From Ramazzottius varieornatus (Eukaryota; Animalia; Tardigrada), in assembly GCA_001949185.1 (NCBI GenBank), contig BDGG01000015.1:749036-813035 (forward strand): DNA of 64,000 nucleotides, given 5' to 3'. Below, piece by piece: positions 54,801 through 64,000 of this stretch. Each line of letters opens with the position of its first letter. Position 1 is the stretch's first letter. The notes beneath the pieces were generated by a model. That model worked only from the letters and a program-made list of their open reading frames with translations. It ran no database searches and was not told where the DNA came from. The translations under genes and the position numbers were made by a program.

Positions 54801-57800
54801 TGGAGGAGTTGATGTCGAGTGGCACTCGTAAGTAGACTATTCTGTTGGCGTAGTGTATGGCTTGACTGAAGACTGTGGACTCTTCCCTGTCTATAAAGTC
54901 TTTCTGTTCGTTGGGACCGTTGTTCGGCCATGAACGTAACTGTTCAGCGGCAATATCTAGAGCTGTGGTGGACGTGACTGTGTCGTTATGATGGTTTTTC
55001 CCACGTCTGAGTGGGGAAGACGTCAACATGGCTGGCCAGTATAGGGCCGTGATTTGATGTTGCACGTCTTTGTAGAATGCCGACTCCCTAAAACAATAAT
55101 TTCCCTTAGTTTGGGACCCAGGCAATCAAACTCGGCCAGATTATTTTTCCAAAGTGGCGCACGCGTTTAGCCCATAACACCGGAAACGTGCGTCACTTTG
55201 ATAAAACATCAAACTCGGCCAGATTGTTTCCCCAAGTAGCGCATGTTTCCAGTTATACTGACTGGCAGCGTGCGTCAATTGGGAAGGCAATCTTGTCGAG
55301 CTTGTTTGTCGAGTTTTCAGTTTTGAATCTAAACTTCTGAAAATGTAAAAAATATAATCTATGGTCAAGTGCGTTTGTTGTGAGTGTAAAGTACCAGAAG
55401 GCGAGGCTGCTCCAAATCTCGTGCTCTTGGACGCGGGTGTAGAGGAACTGGATGACGCCGGTGCACAGCTTGCGGCAGAAGGCGGTGATGAGAGGCAGAA
55501 AGGCAGCGGCGACCCCGTACTCGTCCAGAGTGCTGTCATCTTGCAGTGCGGCGTTGATCAGCTTGACAACCAGCTCGAACTGCTGGTGATCCAGCATGGC
55601 GCGGTTAGACTGCACGCGGACAGACAGCTCGTTCGACAAAGCCAAACGTGCTGACGGCGACGCCAGCACTCTAATCACAGCGGGCAAAAGCTACAATCAC
55701 AAAAGTCCTACCGTAGGTGACTTCGGACGAAAGCCGAGCAGAAGTTCGGACCATTTCTATTGTCAATTTTGACACTTTCATTTGTAATAAAGCACAGGAA
55801 AAACACTGGTGTTGTAAAAAAACTATGCGACCATCCAACAAACGAACAACGAGCAAACAAGGTACCTTTTTGGCGTCGTTGATTCGACTGTCGAAAATGT
55901 AGTTGATGCAGTTGGACAGGACTTCCAGTCTCCTATTACTGTTGGCCGCCATGTTCCTCGACAGGGCCGTGCTGAAAGTGGCACATCCCAGCGGGATGAC
56001 CACGTTGGGTGGCTGGCGTATGGACGGCCATTTGTTCAGCTCCAGTTGTTTGTTCAAGCCTTCTTGTAGAATGTCATCAACCTACATTCACCGAAACCAA
56101 TCAGTCAGTCAACAAATCCAACACGCAAAAGTACACTGATGAATAACAGTACCATTCGGGCGTCTATCCATGGAAAGGGCGGAAGAGGTTTGGTCTGAGC
56201 CAACGTTGCAGCGGAAGGCTTGGGGTAGTTCCCAGAGAAGGGTGCTGCTGGAGGATTCTCATTGGAGAAGAGCCGACTGGCGATTTCTTTGCTTCGCTCA
56301 AAAGGATATCCCATCAGTGAAACCAGATCGTCAGGGTTCGGAGTCGATGAGCACACTTCGTGTTCGGCGTAAATCTGCAAATAAAACCAAGGTCAGAAGC
56401 GGAAGGCTTTCATTGTCTTCAAGCACCTGCATACAGAAGCACCTGCGCTGACAATAGCAAGCAGGTATGTAGGTACGTGAGAACACTGTCTCTCATGGCC
56501 GTGCACACAGTAGGGTCTGCAGAACCAGTGGCACACGAGTATGCAGATCGATGAATGAGATTCTAACACGACTAACCTCGTCGAACAGGGACTGTTTTCG
56601 GTAGGGTGATGCGTATTCATGGACGAAGCGTCCGAACGACATGGAGCTGACGACTTTCGAGACGAACTCGTCGCCGACGAAGTTGCGCATTCCAAGAAAC
56701 TGTGCTTTCTGGAAGGTTATGACTGGTTCGGGGTGGATACGGACCACCGTCAGGCAAGACCGGTAGCCCGCGAAGACATCACAGAAGAACTGTAGCTGCA
56801 CCGCTCGAAGTTCTTTATCGAGCATCTCCCTCCGGCTGGCCTCGGAAAAACTCCGGCGAGGTGTCGCCGAAGTCGAGTCCTCGGGAGGGAAGGCGTGATC
56901 ACAGGTGAGCAATGTCGGATCCAAAACCTGGCAAAACAATTGAATAATTTATGGTTCTTGTATGTTTCATGAAAACAATTTTGTCAAATTTACTTGCACG
57001 CTTCGTATCTGTAGAGAAATTTCAGCTTCACAATTTCTCCTCATGGTAAAGCGCTCTTATTACTCTCCCCAGAATTTATTTGAGCTGTCAGCGGGAAACC
57101 AGTAAAAATAACTGATCTTCTCGACCAATTCTGGGTTTCAAAAATATTAAACAAAAATATGTTTTTCAAACTGAGCTTACCCGTTTGAGGGAAGAGAGTG
57201 TGCGCGAGTAAATAGGTTCAGGTGCCAGCGAGACCGTGACACTTTCTGGGACGTCCACGCGACATCCGTCCAGATCAACAAATATCACATCCAGCTGCGT
57301 CCACAAACGAACGCCCATTAATACAAATATTCACCCACATAACACACTTTTCGCCTTCTGTCGTATCATTTCATTTTACCAAGTCGGCCACTTGTTCCCG
57401 TAGTGAAATGTGTATGCCCATTATAAACGGCGTAGGACTGTTCAACACTTCCAGTAACGGCGCGGGCAAGACAGGCACATAAACATGACTGCAAAGAAAA
57501 TAATCGGATAGATGAAAGATATTCACTAGAAAGAATAATCCGATTTTTCAAAACATTCTCGAAATCGAGAAATAAATCGGGAGTTCGCAAACATATCGCC
57601 AAGTGGCGCACGCTTCCAGCCAATGACACCAACGACGTGCGCCACTTAAATGGAAGCAGTCTTATCAGGTTTTGTTAGCCGAGCTCTCAATTGTAAAAAA
57701 GCTCAAGTACCTGTATTTTAGGGGGTACATCATGGTGATTAAGGCATGACTAGCAGCTGCCAGTCGCAGGTAGCTAGAGGAAAGGAAGAGAATTTTGGTG

Positions 57801-60800
57801 TCGGTCAGGGCGGCACACAGCAGCAGCATGACGTTGCTGACGCCGATTTCGCGGCAGAAGGATGCCAGAGTATCCCTGGAAATGGGAAGACTAGAGGAGA
57901 GTGGCGGTTGAATGGCCTGGGAATCACCGGCGCCGATGCTGAAGCGCGTTTGCGGACCACCGGCGGGAGGAACCTGCACGAAACCCAGCAGGTTGCCGAT
58001 CAGCACCTCCAACCGGAAAGGAAGCTGGTCGGCGTAGACGGCAAATATCACCCCCAGACATTGCTAAAAACACAAAGACACGCAAAATGGTTTAGTCACT
58101 TTCACCGTATATAAAAACTTACAAGGCTGTTTTATTAAACCACACTTTATTTTTTGTATTTTGATTTACTAAATTCCAGTGGTATGTTTCGGCCATTAAC
58201 TTCAGTTTTCCGTGTCTACGTCAGTACGTCACTCCTATCAATACTAAACCGTTTTCGTACGAGGCATCCATATGCGATATGTCCACCCATCACAGAAATC
58301 AAACAACGTGAATTCGAGAACATACGAGGGAAAGGTTGTAAAGTTAGCCACCATACCGGGTTTGTAAAGTTAGCCGTCCAAGTTCGCCTGTTCTCTCCTT
58401 ACTCCCAAACATTTATGGATAGATCATAGATAAAATAATGGGCTATCGAATGATCTTAGTCAACGAGAAGATTCGGAGAATCCAAGAGATCCGCAATTAA
58501 AAAAACGTTGAATCCCATGTAAAAAAGCGAAGACTGACAATCAAATGGTCAATCAACGATAGACGCTACAGCCGTGGCTAACTTTACAAACCCGGTATGG
58601 GGCGGCTAAGTTTACGACCTTTACCTCGACCGTTAGGTACGAGGTCTCTGAAACATCGTATGTGAATTTTTGAAATTACCCTAAATGTGTCGAAGTATTC
58701 GTGTCTGGAAATGAGACAGAGGCTTTTGGGTGCGAAGAGGGTTTGGGGTGCCGCGGGAGTTGCCTCTTCGTCCTCGTCATTTCCGCTGTTGAGTAACGGC
58801 GAGTAGGGTTCGGTGAACGTGAGGCAGGCGCAGTAGTGTCGGAAGGCGTCGATGTCAGTGAGGACTGAAATGAAGAATTCCGGCACCTTTGGTGATTGGT
58901 ACGTTCGCCATCCTTGCGGCTGGCAGAACTGCAACCAAGAAAAAACAAGACCCATCAACCCCTGGATCGGATGGCATATGGCGGATCGGATGCCAGTGGT
59001 AAAAATAACCAGAAATTGATATTGGCATTCTCTGAAAGCATTACCATCTCGATGCCTTGATGGAAGGGTGTATCAGACCAGTCATTTTCCGGAAATCTTT
59101 GGCGGACTTTTCCCGCTTCTGCAAAACAAGGAATAAAAAGTTCATGAACGCACACACTTCAAAATCAGGATCCCGCCAAACAAAAAAATCGACAAGATCG
59201 ATTCTCCAGTGGCGCACGCTTCCAGCCAATAAGACCGAATACGTGAGCCACTTGACAGAGCAATCTTGTTGGATTGTTTACCGAGCTCGTATTTGATCTG
59301 TTCTTTACGCAGAACCCGAATTCAAATATTTTCTGATTATTTTTAAAGTTTTTTCGCATCATTTTTGGTGGTTCATTTTCGGGTTCTTTTCCGACGTTTC
59401 CAAGACTGATAGACTGTCATTAAATTACAGGACGAATTTGTAGGCATTTGGCTCTCGACATGGTTGTTTCAGCTCATAAAGCATGTCATCAAAATGGTAA
59501 TTTAACGATGATTACCGACTCGTTTGTCCACCTATGGTATTTTCTTGAACGCTTACAACGATACTATGTGCTCGCATGTAATGTGTAAGGGCCGAACTTG
59601 TCGCCGTAACACTAACTTCCTGTCTGCGCATCATAAAGACGCGGCGAGCGAGCGTAACAATTTCTACGAGCCTGTAACACTGCACATCTTGAAGTGCGGC
59701 TTAAAAGGCAAAGATCATCGTAAATTTACAGCGAGTGCGGCGAAGTGGACACAGAAGCTACGCCAAAGCGCGATGGGAATGATGGTTTGAAATCTCGACG
59801 ACAGCCGATGCATGTCACACTTTTGACAATGATTAGCCCTGACAGAGGAGCGTCAAGCCTGTAGAAATCCCTCAAGATGGCTCACTTAAGCCCACTTTGA
59901 GAAGAAGGGACAGGCGAAAGTTCAAAACGCGAAATCGATATAACGGATTATCATTCTCCACAATTCCTTTCCTGATGTGCTCTTTTTTTCTGAAGCTTTT
60001 GGGGCCAATGGGTTTCTAATTAGTCATGCCATGGCTCAAACTGGGTCTGAGAGTACCCATCGAAGCAGATAAATCAGTGGCGCCTAAAGGAACGACAAAA
60101 AACAGTCGAAAAGACCCACGAGTAGTCAAGCGCGAAGTGCGCCACTGAAGTAAAGTCTGCTCGCCTCTGCTGTCCAATCGATCATGTAGCGTTTATTGTC
60201 TGAGCAATTTCCCCATTCTCCTTTTCACTGTTCGCTTCCGTCCGACTGAGCGTTGTTTGCTAGCTCAACTGGCACGAGACCCCCATGTCGCGTACTCATA
60301 CTTGACCGAGAACAACGACGCTAATAAACACACCACCCATTTTTGTCCTCGTTGCTGCCTACAACAATCAGAATCTGGTTGGGTGGATAAACAAAAATAA
60401 TAAGAAATGTCGCCGCAAGACGCACGGAAGTGTACGACGTCTCATGGACAGGATTACAGGAGTAATACTGTCAGTTCCATCACTCTTGGCGAGATGATCT
60501 ATGGCCGGTCAGAGCAAGATCAGGCCAGCTACGAGACATTCCAGCTCGAGCTGTGCTTTGTAGGTAAAGTCAACATCGCCTTTTCAATCGACGTGTTTAT
60601 TCAGCCCAGCTTGACTGCCAATCATCCCCGTGTATCAAATCCAGAATCAGAAGAAGCGTCCTCGTAGGTATGGAAAGCCTCCGGGAAGAATTCCAGAAGC
60701 GACGACGCCTTTTCTACCAATTTTCTACGAAGCAACCTCCAAAACACACTGATCAATCAATAAGACTTCAATTCATCTATTACTTCAATTGATTGCCAAT

Positions 60801-61085
60801 TTGGCCGGATCAATCGTCGGTCGCATGATCCTCTTTATAAAATGTATGCGCAAGATCTATCCGTCCGTTCGCTCTAGAACCTTTCCTCAAATTTCTAAGG
60901 CTTTCACTGAACATAATACCCGGAAAGAAACTCGGGACTGACTATCTCAGCCAGCGCAGAAACTGGTTGCTTTGTAGCATTAGTTGAGCTTGACCGGTTT
61001 GAAATAGAGCACAAACGTTCTTTCACTTACTTTCTTTCTCCTGGTCATATTCCACAACGACAAAATAATCCACGAGCCTGGACAT
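48848..61085 (-). CDS. Sbf: SBF (MTMR5/MTMR13) myotubularin pseudophosphatase: DENN, GRAM, inactive phosphatase, C1, PH; about 20 exons
   Basis: Start MSRLVDYFVVVEYDQEKE (61085); RFPENDWSDTPF..FCQPQGW; ALTDTKILFLSSSY; SNRRLEVL; LLPCEGALFLTTYRVIF; dead P-loop LEDGWDATCQL; C1 HRF..[30 protein letters not shown]. Confidence 0.95.
58325..58628. mobile_element. ~300-bp MITE-like element with ~50-bp terminal inverted repeats in an Sbf intron
   Basis: 58325-58375 CGAGGGAAAGGTTGTAAAGTTAGCCACCATACCGGGTTTGTAAAGTTAGCC is near-complementary to 58576-58628; left end reads TA|CGAGGG (mariner-like). Confidence 0.7.
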
Positions 61086-62006
61086 GTGGACGCAAAGATG
61101 GGAGAAAGTAAGATTTGGTACCCAGTGATAAATCGATCAACATGATCGACGGAAACTGTAAGAAAATTGAGGCGCAATATTTTCTTGTTTTGGCAAGCTG
61201 ACTGGACCAGCAACAGCGAGCAGGCAAAAGATTCGCCGTCAACCAGGCCGAAACACCTTGCGCAGTGCCAAAACGTCGATGAGTCATAATTCCGTCCGTC
61301 TGTTCACGGTGGACCAATAATTTGTCCTGGTTTGGCAGGCCGAACTGTGAGTGAAGACGGATACGGATCCGTTTTATGCACTGCAGAATCCAGCCGAGCG
61401 CTCTGTGGCGGATGAATGTGCCGACGGGCTCAAAGTTCACGTGGTCGTTCCCAGTCTCGATATTTTTGAGAAGTGAGTCACGTGTGCCATCAGTCTGAGT
61501 CCGTTTGACAGCGGCTCGGAGCGGCACCGGCTGGAGAAATTATTTCAGTCTGCGGAACGGAGTTGGAACAAATTTTTCGTCAGTTTTTCGTTTGGAGAAA
61601 GTTTGTGTTTTTCATTCTTCTCGAGACTCGAGATTTCCTTGTTCTTACTGGTTAGCTTCAATCTCCCAGGTAATCACGAAACACCTCATGTGGGTTGTTC
61701 AGGTATCCTTGACATGTATGCCGTAAAAGCGCATTGTGAAGATTCACAGAGAGAATGATGCTTTGGTAAATGTCAGCAGCAGAGGGTTTCCAGGTGTTGA
61801 GCAGTTTTTGGCACGCAGTTGTGGTTTTTGTAGCCGTGTGATGGCTCCGTCGATAGTTTTGGAGCTGTGACAAACGCAAAGCAGCTTTGTCTAGCGTACT
61901 TCGGATTATTTCATGGAGTAAAACCTGGCCAGAGTGTGGATTTACCTCGTAACCTGTCAGAACCGAGTCTTGCATTGATTGTTGATTGGTCAATCAGTTT
62001 GGCGAA

Positions 62007-64000
62007 ATGACTTTGTCGGGCCGAGAAGCCGTGGAAGTTGCCACTCGGGTAAGGAAAGGACTCAGCTCCTGTTGGCGTTTTCCGTGCTCTAAGAATCTTC
62101 CTGACATAGGTCGGCCAGTTGATGCGTGAAGCCAATGCTTTACAAAGTGTCCCGGGACGAGAAGATGCCCGACTCCAGCTTTTACGTGCTGTAAGTCTTG
62201 CCAGGTTGCGCAATACGTCATGCCTGCTGTGCACTCGTAACGTCATACGCTAGACCTTGTGCATCTTTCTGATTTTCCTCCTTTTCCGGTCGAGAACCCT
62301 GATGTGTGTTTCAGGCGAAAGACATCATCCTAGAAAAGAATCTCGACCTCATCGACAACTTCTGGAAAGAAATGACCGATACATCGAAAGAAAAGTCAAC
62401 GAGTTTGGTGGTTTTCTGTCTCGACTGGATGCGAGAAGCTTGGTAAAAAGCGCCCTATACCTTCTCTCAAGATGCGAGTTGCCAATTTCTTTTCGCTGAA
62501 TTCTTATGTATTCTGCTTTGGTGTTTTCAGTGCGGTTGAACCTACTTACCTGAAACCTACTCGTCTGATACTGTTTGACTTGCTGGAACACCAGTCCGCC
62601 ATTGTGCAAAAGCAGAGCCTAATGACGACCTTGTTGCTGTACCAGGATGCCTACCGGGTACGCCTGTTGACTTCTGATCCTCCATGAATCGTTTCTTTGT
62701 CCCTGAATGTATGTTTGTGTTCCAGTATATAACATTGCCCTCCACAAAGGAGAAAGATGCAGAAGTTGTATGGACAGAGTTAGCGGAAATCAAGAAGCTT
62801 GTCATCAGTCCGTTGGAGATAGGCGGTTTCGAGTTCGCCGGAATGCATCTTGCCAAGCGCCTTCTAACGTACAAGTTCATCGAAAGTGTTATCATGTGCC
62901 AGAGCCCCCGGGATCCGGTAAGTAAAATGCGCTACCGTTGTGGAAAGTATGGGCAGCTCGGCAAAGTCGACAAGATCGGTTTTTTAAGCGGCGCACGGTT
63001 GCAGTGGTAGTGGCTGGTAGCGTGCGCCATCAATTCAGAGCTGGTTTCTTTTTCAGAGCGTCCCCACAAGGAACGACAACGAAGACCGGTCAAGTTCTTT
63101 GGATATGCCGACCCGGTTGCAGTTTACCTCGAAAGAGAAGGTCGAGGCGGAAGGGATAAAGCTGCTGCAGATCCTTGAAGACTGCCTGATGCTTCCTCAA
63201 CCAGAAATTACCTAGTAAAAAATACTAGCGGAGACCTTGTTTTGAATTTGAAATGGGTCAAATTTGTTCTTGCTGTTTAGCATTGACCGTGAAAGTATTT
63301 GCGGGTGCCTGTTTCATCTTGCGCGTCGGAGGCCGCAGTTTCTGCCACGAGTCATTCAGAGGATCGAGTTTTTAAACACAAATATCCCCAGGAGTATCAA
63401 CAAAGTAGGCACTGAAAGTCTACGGAAGTATTTCCGGGCCAGCTTGATAAATATCCTGAGACGTTCCGATGATGGTGACATGCTGGCCCGTATAGCCGAC
63501 TTCCTGGCGACCCTGGGTCTGACTCCGCTTGAGGCAAGTGCCATAACAGGAGACTTTCACTCACAGGCTCAATAATCTTTCATGTCTTTCCAGATCAACC
63601 GAATACGACCAAAGTTACAAGAAGCACTGAAGCAAAAACGTCCAACGACGGAATCCGAGCTACCTGCCAAACGACTGAAGGTAGCATCTCGTCGATGTGG
63701 CTGATCGTAGCTTCCACGAATGTATCTTTGTTTTACAGATGGAAGGCAGTTCGGAAAGTACCTCGAGTGACCTCGTCGGGACAGACCTTCAAGCACTGGC
63801 CATGGACCTCAACATGAAAGCCCTTATGTCTAAAATAACACCACAGAAAGTCCTAAAACTTCTCCGTTCGAATTTGGTACATAGTAACCACTATAAAACG
63901 TCGTTTCGCGATGGTTCACTCTTTTGTCGCTTTTACTGTTCTGTTCTGTCTTTCCAAAAGCATGGCTATGAAAAGAACAAGATCGAGCTGTCTGTTATTG
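62007..64000 (+). CDS. SYMPK: Symplekin, 5' part (continues past window end)
   Basis: MTLSGREAVEVATR|VGQLMREA..|AKDIILEKNLDLIDNFWKEM...DWMREAC; YKFIESVIMCQSPR; LFHLARRRPQFLPRVIQRIEFLNTNIP...SLRKYFRASLINILR resemble the symplekin N-terminal domain. Confidence 0.85.

Noticed and set aside
57601-57647. RAG/Transib RSS analogy from the 23-nt spacer; MTF-1 MRE in the arms
   Set aside because: No CACAGTG heptamer or ACAAAAACC nonamer; TGCGCCA does not fit TGCRCNC.
61045-62246. Minus-strand ORFs between Sbf and symplekin
   Set aside because: They overlap the Sbf first exon/5' UTR or symplekin exons in other frames and show no recognisable motifs.

Overview
Compact eukaryotic (animal) genomic DNA with roughly balanced GC and short GT-AG introns; about 18 spliced protein-coding genes and one pseudogene. 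The compactness and a gene resembling the tardigrade AMNP family suggest a tardigrade (inference). In order: TTC37/SKI3 (-, partial), SEL1L (+), decayed L-asparaginase, class A peptide GPCR (-), Tyr/Ser-rich secreted peptide (-), PPC/DUF296 (-), Bax-like (-), HYLS1-like (+), MRPL4 (-), RPL35 (+, with an intronic box C/D snoRNA candidate), AMNP-like (+), MAM-domain protein (-), MARVEL protein (+), 7TM receptor-TLDc gene (-), two orphans (-), Gbx/unplugged (-), SBF/MTMR13 (-), symplekin (+, partial). Two things stand out. (1) A six-exon, phase-consistent gene joining a class A 7TM receptor to a C-terminal TBC1D24-like TLDc domain. (2) About 50 copies of a palindromic element, AAGTGGCGCACG-N23-CGTGCGCCACTT, with conserved arms and spacer length but a variable spacer sequence, found only outside modelled exons and often in ~82-bp tandem arrays. 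All identifications are from recalled motifs; no searches were run, and exon boundaries are manual.
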